From positions 215,942-279,941 of the forward strand of contig NW_013657626.1 in NCBI RefSeq assembly GCF_000142905.1: 64,000 bases of DNA. The letters run 5' to 3'. The notes beneath the pieces were generated by a model, which saw only the letters and a list, made by a program, of their open reading frames with translations, did not search any database and was not told the DNA's origin. This DNA comes from Thecamonas trahens ATCC 50062 (taxonomy: Eukaryota > Protista > Apusomonadida). The position numbers and the translations under genes were made by a program. Below are positions 1-10,400 of the stretch, piece by piece (position 1 is the stretch's first letter; each line of letters starts with the position of its first letter).

Positions 1-136
1 AACCAGCAACAGTGCAGATGGAAGAGGCAGTGCCGCCATGGCCGATCGCTTCCGGGTGACAGGCGCGAGTGCAATGTGCCAGCGGCAGCCACTCGTTCGG
101 ATGATGAATGAGCAATGTTCATTTGCGGTGCGGCCG

Positions 137-3100
137 CTACAGCTGGTTGCCCAGCATGGGGTTGGCGGCCGCAGGATCAGCGCCCTTGCGCAGCTGCTCA
201 TCGCGCTGGCGGGTGACAAAGCGGACCTGGTCCACAAAGGTGGGAAAGTACGAGATCTGGAGCGCGTTGGCAAAGAAGCCTGGGATGCAGGCGACGACGA
301 CAATGAGCAGCACGGTCGCCCAAAAGTTGCCGTCCGAGACAAGGCGGTCCATGACTTGGTAAAAGTCAAGGAAGGGGACAGCCGAGTATACCATGGTTGT
401 GCCAAAGTAGGTGACGACCGAACCGATGAGGAGGATGCCGTTGACAGCGGTGAGGTAGTGTGAGTAGAGGAAGACCACGATTTGGTTGACAATGACCACC
501 GCCGAGTACGCCACCATCGAGAGCGACGCATAGTCGACGGGGTAGCCGTCGCCCCAGTGCAAGTGGTCGACGTTGAAGACCGCGAGAGTGATGAGAAGCG
601 TGACTGCGGCCTGATAGACGGCGTGGAAGAACCACGTTGCCATCGTCACCGCGTTCATCTTGTTTGACCGCTGCCCGCCCTTGTAGATGGCTGGGAACTC
701 AAAGACCTTCTCCTCCGTCACGTCCTGGTCGAGCGCAAAGCCAAAGACCGGGAGCCCGGTGAAGACCACGTTGTACGTCGTGAGCGAGAACGTGTTCATC
801 AGCGACGTGCCCGAGAAACCGGCGTAGAAGTTGTACAGAACCTGGATGAGACAGATGTAGATCGACTTGAAGAACGCATACTGCGCAATGACTGCGGTCC
901 GGTTGTACGACCACCGCCCGTGCACAAGAATGAGCCGCCGCAGAAACTTGAACTTGGCAAACGAGTAATCAGCCGCCCGCGCCGCCTGCAGGCCTTCGCG
1001 CCCAGAGATGCCCACGCCAATGTGCGCCTCCTGGATCATCGTCACGTCGTTGCCTCCATCGCCGATCGAGAGGCAAACCTTGTCCAGCTCCTTGACAGAC
1101 GCGACCACCAGCGCCTTCTGCTGCGGCGTCACACGGCAGCACACCACCGCGTGCGACCGCATCCCAATGTCGCGGAACTGCTCCTTGTGGTGCTCCAGGC
1201 AGATGCCGAGCTGCCCGCCCTCGATAATCACCGTGATGTCGCACCCGCGCGCCTCGGCCTGCTTGCTCTGCTTCTCCAGCGTGTTGAGGCAGAGCCCAAC
1301 CTGGTCCGCAGTCTCACCCTCCACACGGAGCAGCACTCCGCCCTCAGACTCGGGCGACATCAGGTTGCACGCCGTCGCAATCTGCAGCGCCGTCGAGTAC
1401 TTGTCGCCCGTCAGCATCCAGAACTTGAGCCCCGCACGCCTCAGCAGCGCGATCGTCTCCGGCACCTCTTCCTGCAGCTTGTCCTCGATGGCAGTCACGC
1501 CCAGAAGCTCCAGGTCCTGCTCCATCTCCTCGTACACCGCCGCCAACCGCTCCTGTGGTTCCATTCCAAGCACACACACACACACACACTCCCAGGTAAG
1601 TCTCACTCCTCTTGCTCGCTTGCGAGGCGCTGTGCCACGCCGAGAGGATCAGAGTAGTCAGAATAAAACCAGTAACGTCATCGAGACGAGCCCGTTTTTC
1701 GGTCCTCGCTCTAAGACGGCACTTCCTATCATAGAATTGATGGTTAAGCATCATCATCCGACTCGATCCTCTCGGCCCGCGCGCCGCGCCTCCCTCCACC
1801 CACACGCCTTCTTCCAACGTACGTCACGGTTCTCAATCGAGGTGTTCGCCTCGGTCCAGCGCTCCATCCAAGCCAGGTACGAATCCTCCTCCAGGTAGCG
1901 GTAGCCGATGACCAGAGTGCGGAGGCCGAGCTGGGCAAAGGTCTCCAGCTGGTGGTCCAGCTCGGCCAGGTCCGGATTGAGCGACATGTCGAGGCGCGAG
2001 ATGACCTTGTCGTCGGCACCCTTCATGTACAGCTTGTAGCGGCCGGTCTCGTTGTCCTTGACAATGACCGACATGCGCTTGCGGTCCGACGAGAACTCGA
2101 GCACGTTGCACAGCTCGTAGCTCTCGGCCTTGCCCAGAAAGTCAACAGTGAGCATGTCGCCGTCGCGGGCGGTAAAGGTCACGCCCATGTCCTGCGCCGC
2201 AAGAACAAGTGCCTCTTCGTCCGGCGACGACGACTTGTACGTCACCTTGCCGTTGGCATCAACCTCAGCGTTCGGGACAACTGTCTGGTTGAGGGCGAGG
2301 CAGCGGAAAAACTCGGCAGCCACCGTGGCCTTGGGGTCCGCCACCAGGGCGTGCAGATCCGGGTCTTGCGTCGCGTCCGAGCATGCTGCCGTGTGGCCAA
2401 ACATCCGCCCGTCGACGGCGCACTTTTGGAACCGCATCACGTTCTCCGTAATGGTTCCGGTCTTGTCCGAAAGATGTATTCGAGCTGGCCGAGATCCTCC
2501 GAAATAGCCGTGTTCTTGGCCTCGGCCGGAGTGTTCGTCTCCTCGTCGTACATGTGGATGTCCCAGTTGATCAGCTGCGCGTAGTAGAACTTGACCATGT
2601 CCATGGTCACCTTGAGCGAGATGGGAATCATAAACGACATCAGGAGCATGAACCGCAGTGGAATGACAATCGGATCGTACCACTCCTCCTTGGAGACCAG
2701 CAGGTACTCCATCTTCTTGCCCTTGTCCTCGCGCCACAACGCGCCGGCAATGCCAAACGCAATGATGAAGCAGACCTGGAGCGTGAAAATCGCCACAGTC
2801 GCCTTGTTGATCAGCTGGTCAAGATGCGTCCACTTGGTTGGCGGAATCCGCTTGTTCTTGCCAATCTTTGTCTCGTTGCCGGTGTAAACCACCATGCCGT
2901 ACACCCACTCGGTGTTCCGCAGCATGCACCCCTGAAGCGCAGTCTGCTTGGCACTCAGCGAGAGCGACTCGGCGTTTGCGTCCGTCGTCAGCCGCAGCCG
3001 CGAGTCAAACTTGTAGATTTCCGGGTTCGGCGCCGCACACTCGCACACGCCCTTAAAGTTGAGCACCTGGCTCCCGCTCAGCTCCTGCGTCTCGGCAAGA

Positions 3101-4267
3101 CACGTCCGCGACTTGAGATCCGTCTCGCCGTCCAAGTTGGCTGTCTCGATGTACGCCGCCCCGTCGGACGACGACTTGAGCAGCACCACGTCGGCAGCAA
3201 TCTGCTCGTTCTCAACCATGTACAGGATGTCGCCCACCACAATGTCGGCAGCACGCATCTCCACAAGCACCCCGTCGCGAGACACCTGCACCGCCCGGTT
3301 GTTCGCCTCCTTGTCGGCCTTGTACCGAAAGTAGTCGTCGAGGCCTTCCTTGATGGCAGAGACAAGGAAAATGAGAATCAGCGGGAGCCACGTCGTCAGT
3401 GGATTGACCGGCGTGATCGCATTCCACAGCTGCAGGCATGCAATGATCAGAAAGTAGATGTTCATGAACCGTCTGCTCAGCCAAATGCTCTCTCCATGAG
3501 TCCAACTCCATCGCCATCACCACCAAACAAACACAAACAATAATGCAATCACACACATTCAAAGAAACAAAACCACCGCCACCATCCGACACCGTCTCTT
3601 CCACCACCGGCACCGGCACCGGCACCAGCACCATCACTACCACCACTACCACCAGCAAAATACACAAGGTGGCGGATCCTCTTCTCTGCCCCCTTATACA
3701 TACCGCTTCTCCATGCGGGTTCACACACCATCTGCATTACGTCATGGATGACAGCGTTCCCTTCCGGTGGGAGCGAAAAAGAGCGGGGGAAGGCTTGTCA
3801 GCCAAGTGTTTGGCAGAGAATGATTCAAACGTACGAAAACTGTTCATAGAGGTTGAGGAACAGGAAGTTGTAGATGGTGTACTTTGTGTTGGAGATCTTG
3901 TTGGTTGGGAAGGACGTGGCCATGGTCGGGTCCCCGCCCCTGACTTCACGGATCGACTCCGCCCCCTTGGACTGTGCCACCACACGCAGGACATGCCAAA
4001 GACATGAACAACACTTCTTACGTGAGTTATATCCTGTCGGTGTCGCTCTCACGGGCCTCTACTCCCGCCTGCATGCCCTGTGCCGTCTTGCCTTGCCGGC
4101 CCCAAACAGGCGGCGCCATGGCCCCAAAAATTCCTCCCAACTATGTCGTGTGCGTCTCTCGTTCCGCATTCTCTCCTGCCCCCGCTTTGCTCTCGGCAGC
4201 CTTGCAGCTCCCCTCTGACTTTGTCATAATGCGCTATCGATGCGACACGTACCCGCTTGCAGAACAT
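137..4267 (-). CDS. P4-type ATPase (phospholipid flippase), plant ALA2-like; 4 exons: complement join(137..1552,1823..3472,3835..3971,4253..4267), with a 1-nt frameshift at about 2470
   Basis: P4-ATPase motifs NKISNTKY, IETANLDGETDLK, IPISLKVT, (S)DKTGT phosphorylation site, SSSPDEEALV, EFSSDRKRMS, KGAD, IEDKLQ, WMLTGDK, CCRVTPQQKA, SIGDGGNDV, GISGREGLQAARAADYS. Three GTACGT...AG introns restore phase, giving N-terminus MFCKR|SKGAESIREV. One T is missing from a T run just before SDKTGT (TTT[T]CG). Confidence 0.93.
1639..1776 (-). ncRNA. SNORD49: Intronic box C/D snoRNA, U49/SNORD49-like, in the last intron (1553..1822) of the P4-ATPase
   Basis: On the minus strand: 12-bp terminal stem GCCGAGAGGATC/GATCCTCTCGGC (1765-1776 / 1639-1650), box C ATGATGA (1751-1757), guide ATGATAGGAAGTGCCG complementary (1 mismatch) to conserved LSU rRNA CGGCUCUUCCUAUCAU, D'-like CTTA, internal hairpin, C'-like CGATGA, box D CTGA (1658-1661). 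ATAGGAAGTGCCGTC matches the U49 element as I recall it. Confidence 0.85.
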
Positions 4268-4470
4268 GGTCACAGTCTGGAGGGAGTGAGATGCCGTTCA
4301 AGAGGTGCGCTGGGGCGGGGGCGGCGGAGGGAGGGGGGCCGGCCGACGGCCGACCAACCACCGCCCTCAACCGGCCAGTCGGTCAGCCGGTCGGTCAGCC
4401 CGGGCGTCGAATCCTGGCACATGCGGATTGGACCTAGATTTGGTTTTACCTGTTTTACCGGCGCATCGTG

Positions 4471-7176
4471 CTACATCTCCTCCTCGTAGAAGAACGCACC
4501 GCCCGAGTTGGAAGCCTGCGGTGGCTGCGCGAGATGCGATGGGCGCGGCGCGAGAGTGTACGCGCCCGAGTTGGTAGCCGCCGGCGGGAGCGCTTGCTGG
4601 CCGGCGATCGAGTACATGCCGCCCGAGTTGGAAGCCGCCGGCGGCTGGGCGAGATGCGATGGGTGCGGCGCGAGAGTGTACGCGCCCGAGTTGGTAGCCG
4701 CCGGCGGGAGCGCTTGCTGGCCGGCGATCGAGTACATGCCGCCCGAGTTGGAAGCCGCCGGCGGCTGGGCGAGATGCGATGGGTGCGGCGCGAGAGTGTA
4801 CGCGCCCGAGTTGGTAGCCGCCGGCGGGAGCGCTTGCTGGCCAGCAATCGGGTACATGCCGCCCGAGTACGAGGCGGCCGGCGGGAGCGCTTGCTGACCA
4901 GCGAGCGGATACGCGGCGTTGGTCGCCTCGGCGAGCGAGCGGAGCTGCGGCGCGCTCGACATGTCCGTCATGGTAAACTCGGCCGGCGGCTGCGGGTAGT
5001 GCGGGTGGTGGGACATCTGCATCGGCGCCGCGCCCGGGGCGACAAGGACTGGGCCACGAGCGGCGGCGGTGAGCTGCGCCTGCCGGCGTTGGAGGGCAGT
5101 GGCCTGCACCTGCAGCGACGCCGCCCGCGCTTGGAACTGCTGCGCCACCAGCTGCTGCTGCTTGGCGCGGGCCTCGAGCTCCAGTTGCTTCTTGGGCGAT
5201 GGAATGACGTACGCCTGCTGCGGCGCCGACCGGACCTGTTTGCCGCGGAGCCGCGCTGCCGCCTTTTTGTCGGTCTTGCCCTCGTTGACAAACTCGCGGA
5301 CAGGATCGTCGCGGGCGAGGACCGTAACATGGATGTCGGCATCGCCGGCGTCGCTCGAGTAGGACGAGACCAAGAACGGCATGCCGGTGGTACCGGGCCG
5401 CGGACGGTCGCGCCGCGATACCGGCTTGCCCTTGCCTTTGCCCTTGCCCTTGCCCTTGCTCTTCGCTTTGCTCGACTTGTGCTTGCGTTTGTGGCTGCGG
5501 CCTGCAATGGTCGCGGTGGCAACAGCAGTATCGACTGTCTCGCTGCCGTCAGCCTCGGAGCCACGTGGCTCGTCGTTCAGCGACTTGTCAGTGCCATGCT
5601 CGACGACGGCAAGCTCGTCTCCACCATCGAGCGGAAGCAGTCGGGCGTCGGCGAGGGACCGGAACCGCTTGAGGCCGAGGATCAGGAGTACCATGAGGAC
5701 AGCGACAAGAACGGCCTCGGCAGCGAGCGTGGTGCCAAGCGCATCGAGGCCACCGAGCATATCGACGCACACCGTGTCCTGGACCGAGGTAAAGAGCTGC
5801 GTTACAAACGAGCACTCTTGCAGCGGTTTGATGTCGGCAAACAAGAGGCGCTGGTAGACAGCGACGGCGTCTGCGGCCGAGACAAAAGCCGCCGCTGCCG
5901 CCTTGGAGCCTGCAGGACGGCACGACTCGGCGCAGGTGCGAATGGTCATCGGCGCGGCATCACACGGACCAACAAGCTGGGAAGGGCAGCCCGAGGCTGC
6001 GCCGCCGCCCGGAGTGCAGACCGGATTCGGCGCCGAGTAGCAGCCAAGCTCAAAGTCGAGGACGTCGGCGAGGAGTAGCGACTCGATGGTGGCGATCGAG
6101 CATGGCGTCGGTGGACATACTTGGTACTGTTCAGTACAGAGGAGAGCATGGGCGGAGCAGGCGGCGGCGGCAGCAGCAGTGAGGCCAGCCTCGGCTTCGG
6201 CCACCAGCGAGTCAAACGATGAGTTGGTTGCGCCGCAGCCGAGAAGCTTGTTGAGGACAGTGGCGTTGGAGATGGCTGACGAGTCGACGGCACGCAGCTC
6301 GTCAATCTCGACACAGAGGTCAGAGAAGAGCACAATGAGGAGGACGTGGATGGCAAAGATGGACCAGGTGAGGAACATGATACATGTGGCGGACATGGAG
6401 CAGCCAAAGGCAAGTTTGCGGGCGTTGAGCAGCGGCCCGGCGAGGCCGACGGCGGCAAAGATGAGCGGGACGCCCAAAAAGCCGTACATGACAAACAGCC
6501 GGATGGCAGAGTACGTCTGAACTGTGTCGCGCATGGTCTGGCCCGAGTCGAGAACCGCGGCCGCGGCGTCGAGCGCAGGCTGGACCCGGGTCTGGAAGCC
6601 GGCCGGCGTGTACACCACGCCGGCCATCTCTGCCACCACCCGCTCAGCAGTCGTCACCACATCGATGGCTGACTCGAGGACAGTGTCCACAAATGTTGAC
6701 GTTGCCGACGAGACGAGCATGTTGCCGAGCATGCCGGCAACAACAACGCCGATCATGGTCCCAGCAATGCCCACATACAGCGCCTTGGTCCGGACGATGC
6801 TCGTCCGCGAGTAGCCAGGAAACTGCGTCTCACGCACAACCGGCTTGAACCAGCCGTGCGATGGCGAGCGGCCGCCCCAGAAGCCCAGGACCAGCCGCGG
6901 GAGGAAGAAGGCGCATGGAACAAGGAGCGAGAGGACGGCAAAGACGACCGGCGGGATGATGAGCAGTCCCAGCGATTGCAGATACGGACCATATTGGCAC
7001 TCGCCGTTCTCATCAAGGCCACAGAACCTGTTGGAGACCTTGCCGCTGAACGCTGTTCTCGGCATGATCTTCTGCATGCCATCTGCCGTTGTCAGCAGCT
7101 GGCGCTGGCCGACGGGCAAAGCCACCGACGTGCCTACGAACAGGAGCAGGAGAAGGAGGAGGATGGCGGTGGTCAT
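4471..7176 (-). CDS. Tweety/prominin-like multipass membrane protein (signal peptide, about 5 TM, Cys-rich ectodomain, long repetitive cytosolic tail), about 901 aa
   Basis: Start MTTAILLLLLLLFVGTSVA (signal peptide) follows a CA/CAC microsatellite. Five hydrophobic segments. LFSDLCVE resembles the Tweety SDFC motif and VCVDMLGGLDAL resembles the C-x-x-x-x-x-GL motif before the last TM. Single exon. Confidence 0.6.
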   Translation of the reverse strand: MTTAILLLLLLLFVGTSVALPVGQRQLLTTADGMQKIMPRTAFSGKVSNRFCGLDENGECQYGPYLQSLGLLIIPPVVFAVLSLLVPCAFFLPRLVLGFWGGRSPSHGWFKPVVRETQFPGYSRTSIVRTKALYVGIAGTMIGVVVAGMLGNMLVSSATSTFVDTVLESAIDVVTTAERVVAEMAGVVYTPAGFQTRVQPALDAAAAVLDSGQTMRDTVQTYSAIRLFVMYGFLGVPLIFAAVGLAGPLLNARKLAFGCSMSATCIMFLTWSIFAIHVLLIVLFSDLCVEIDELRAVDSSAISNATVLNKLLGCGATNSSFDSLVAEAEAGLTAAAAAACSAHALLCTEQYQVCPPTPCSIATIESLLLADVLDFELGCYSAPNPVCTPGGGAASGCPSQLVGPCDAAPMTIRTCAESCRPAGSKAAAAAFVSAADAVAVYQRLLFADIKPLQECSFVTQLFTSVQDTVCVDMLGGLDALGTTLAAEAVLVAVLMVLLILGLKRFRSLADARLLPLDGGDELAVVEHGTDKSLNDEPRGSEADGSETVDTAVATATIAGRSHKRKHKSSKAKSKGKGKGKGKGKPVSRRDRPRPGTTGMPFLVSSYSSDAGDADIHVTVLARDDPVREFVNEGKTDKKAAARLRGKQVRSAPQQAYVIPSPKKQLELEARAKQQQLVAQQFQARAASLQVQATALQRRQAQLTAAARGPVLVAPGAAPMQMSHHPHYPQPPAEFTMTDMSSAPQLRSLAEATNAAYPLAGQQALPPAASYSGGMYPIAGQQALPPAATNSGAYTLAPHPSHLAQPPAASNSGGMYSIAGQQALPPAATNSGAYTLAPHPSHLAQPPAASNSGGMYSIAGQQALPPAATNSGAYTLAPRPSHLAQPPQASNSGGAFFYEEEM
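4499..4895. repeat. 120-bp coding tandem repeat (about 3 copies, built from two related 60-bp halves) encoding GGMYSIAGQQALPPAATNSGAYTLAPHPSHLAQPPAASNS
   Basis: Lines 4561-4680 and 4681-4800 are identical; flanking copies are degenerate. Confidence 0.95.
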
Positions 7177-7210
7177 TGCGGGAGGGCGGAGAAAGTGGGG
7201 ATTGTGTGGC

Positions 7211-7264
<54 letters not shown>

Positions 7265-7322
7265 TGTGTGTGTGAAAGGGTGTGGTGGTGGTGGTGGTGG
7301 TGGTGGTGGTGGTGTGGTGTGT
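7211..7322. repeat. (GT)n plus (GGT)n microsatellite upstream of the Tweety-like start codon
   Basis: Direct reading; it explains the spurious poly-HT/poly-H extensions in the ORF track. Confidence 0.95.
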
Positions 7323-7413
7323 GTACGTGTTTGGTGTGTGAAGAGGATGGGAAGGTGACGCGAGGGGGATAGTTTGGGCTTTGGGTGTACACGATCGCAT
7401 GGGTGGGTGTGAG

Positions 7414-10400
7414 CTAGGCATCGTCGGCAACGGTGATGACGTCGCTGATGCGCTCCGAAGCAAGCCACTCACGAAGGACAGCGGTTTCGCGGAAGCGGCG
7501 CTTGACGAGGGTGCGAATGTCGACACCTGCAGCTTCCCACTTGGCCTTGGCGGCGGCGACGGGGTCGTCGACAGCCTCCTCATCCTCGAGGTCCTCGACG
7601 ATGGCGCGGACCATGCCTGCGATGAGCTTGCCGACGTGGCCGCCGAGGATGAGCATCTCGCGCGGGGCGAGGAGCTCGACAATCTGCGAGATGGTCATGA
7701 GGTCAGCGGCGATTAGGCGGCCGACGAGGCGGCCGACGTAGAGGCCGCCGAGCGGGATGTCGATGAGCAAGTCATCGAGGAGGTCCAGGCAGGCCGCCAG
7801 ACCCTCGACCACGAGATCGGCGGTGATGTCGACGACCGAGCCAGAGACGAGGGCGATGAACAGGTCGGGCAGCGACTCGCGGGCGTCCTCCTTCTTCTCG
7901 AGCATGATGGTGAGCGACTGCGAGATGAACTTGGGGTAGTACTCGGGCGCGTTGAGCTCGGCGAGGCACTCGGCCACCTCCTTGGTGTCACGAAGCGAAA
8001 AGTACTCCTCAAGAATCGACTTGCCGCGGCGGGCGAGCTTCTCAGGCGAGAGCTTGGCCGGCTCGGCGGGCGCGGGCTCGGCGGCGGTCGTCGGTGCGGG
8101 CGCGGGCTCGGCCTGGGCAGACGAGCGAGACTGGGCAGCAGCACCGCCCGGGCGGCGTGACGCCGGCGAGTTGCCGCGCGACGACGACGGCGAGCCCGAG
8201 TTGCCGCGCGAGCACGGGCCGGCGACGAGCGAGGGCGGGGCANNNNNNNNNNNNNNNNNNNNNNNNNNNNNNNNNNNNNNNNNNNNNNNNNNNNNNNNNN
8301 NNNNNNNNNNNNNNNNNNNNNNNNNNNNNNNNNNNNNNNNNNNNNNNNNNNNNNNNNNNNNNNNNNNNNNNNNNNNNNNNNNNNNNNNNNNNNNNNNNNN
8401 NNNNNNNNNNNNNNNNNNNNNNNNNNNNNNNNNNNNNNNNNNNNNNNNNNNNNNNNNNNNNNNNNNNNNNNNNNNNNNNNNNNNNNNNNNNNNNNNNNNN
8501 NNNNNNNNNNNNNNNNNNNNNNNNNNNNNNNNNNNNNNNNNNNNNNNNNNNNNNNNNNNNNNNNNNNNNNNNNNNNNNNNNNNNNNNNNNNNNNNNNNNN
8601 NNNNNNNNNNNNNNNNNNNNNNNNNNNNNNNNNNNNNNNNNNNNNNNNNNNNNNNNNNNNNNNNNNNNNNNNNNNNNNNNNNNNNNNNNNNNNNNNNNNN
8701 NNNNNNNNNNNNNNNNNNNNNNNNNNNNNNNNNNNNNNNNNNNNNNNNNNNNNNNNNNNNNNNNNNNNNNNNNNNNNNNNNNNNNNNNNNNNNNNNNNNN
8801 NNNNNNNNNNNNNNNNNNNNNNNNNNNNNNNNNNNNNNNNNNNNNNNNNNNNNNNNNNNNNNNNNNNNNNNNNNNNNNNNNNNNNNNNNNNNNNNNNNNN
8901 NNNNNNNNNNNNNNNNNNNNNNNNNNNNNNNNNNNNNNNNNNNNNNNNNNNNNNNNNNNNNNNNNNNNNNNNNNNNNNNNNNNNNNNNNNNNNNNNNNNN
9001 NNNNNNNNNNNNNNNNNNNNNNNNNNNNNNNNNNNNNNNNNNNNNNNNNNNNNNNNNNNNNGACCACCGGACCGGCGTCCGCCAGACCCGCCGCGGCCGC
9101 CGTGCTGGCGCGCAGACGCGAGCTCGCCGGCGCCAAAGACCGGCTTGGTGATCCGCGCCAGCGAAAAGCCTGGCGGCGGCCGCGTGTCGAGCGGGAAGCT
9201 GCTAGTGTCGATGAGATCCGGCCGGACAGCCTTGGAGAACTGCATCTTGATGAGCGCGTCGATCGGGTACTTGATGCGTCCGCGCTTGGTCGTCCGCGTG
9301 TCGGCAGTCGGCCGCGCGGTCGCCACCGACCGTTCGGCCATCTTGCGCGAGAGCGCCTCCTCACGGCGACGCTGCCGCTCGGCCTCATCGTCGTCGAGGA
9401 GCGCCGAGTGGACTGCGGGCTTGACCGGCGTGGCGGCCGACTTGGCCGCCGCCACAGAGCGGGACGGCGGGATGAGCGGCTGGTGCGGCTTGGACGGCGC
9501 GGCGGTGCGGGCGCGAGAATCGGCACGGGCCTTGGCCTCGGCAGCAGCGCGAGACTTGGCCTCGGCAGCCGCGCGGGCCTTGGCCTCGGCAGCCGCGCGG
9601 GCCTTGGCTTCGGCAGCAGCGCGGGCCTTGGCCTCGGCGGCGGCCCTGGCCTTGGCTTGGGCCTCGGCTTGGGCCTCGGCGCGGGCCGCCTCGGCGACGC
9701 GGCGCTCGTGCTCGGCCTGGACCTTATCGACTGCGGTGATGAGAGCCATGTCGGCGGTGCGCTTGGCCCAACGCTCAGTAGTGGCCTGGGCACATAGCTG
9801 GGCCACCGTCGGCTGGGCGGGATCGAGCGGAGCCGACGCCGGCGCACCAACATACAGCAGCTGACCGAGGGCGGCGACTGGACGGAGGAACTGCAGCCGC
9901 TGAATAGCATGCGGGGTGCAGTGGTCGAGGAGCGGCGCCACAAAGGTGTTGTCGGAGATCTTGACCTTGGACCGTGTGCGCGGCGGACGCATCCACGACC
10001 AGCCGCGGACGCGCTGCTCACAGACCTGGCCGATGCGCCAGTTGACCTTGGCGTCGAAGAGCTGCGCCCGCTGCGCAAGCTTGAGGCCGACAAAGACGTG
10101 TTCGGCAAGCGCGTGCGCAGCCTCGTCGGCGTCGGGCGCGTCGAGCTTGGCGCCTACCGTAAGGAAGAGCTGGCAGGCGGCCACCATGTCGCACGTCTGG
10201 CGGTCGGTCATCACCGTTTTGCTCTCGGCGAGCGCGGCGGCACGGGCAGCGGCGTCGGGCGCAAAGTACAGCGAGAGGTCGGCAAAGATCGATGAGAGAA
10301 TGGCGAGCGAGAGGACGCTGACGTTAAAGAGCTCGCCGACCAGCGCAAGCAGGCCCACAACCTGCCGGCGCGAGAGGCCCAGCTCATGGCGGGACATCAT

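Noticed and set aside
4124-4132. Sm-site-like AATTTTTGG on the minus strand in P4-ATPase intron 1
   Set aside because: No recognisable U1/U2/U4/U5 elements nearby; a 9-mer alone is not sufficient.
4468-6078. Long antisense or alternate-frame ORFs (for example 4468..6078+, 21643..23184-, 32027..33250-, 56098..57702+)
   Set aside because: Shadow ORFs expected from high GC3 codon usage opposite real genes; no recognisable domains.
7177-7392. Poly-His/(HT)n, poly-Pro and poly-VM N-terminal ORF extensions (also 11082-12038, 13689-14336, 37523-38290)
   Set aside because: Translations of microsatellites and C-rich UTR/intron tracts, often running through N gaps; better starts lie downstream.
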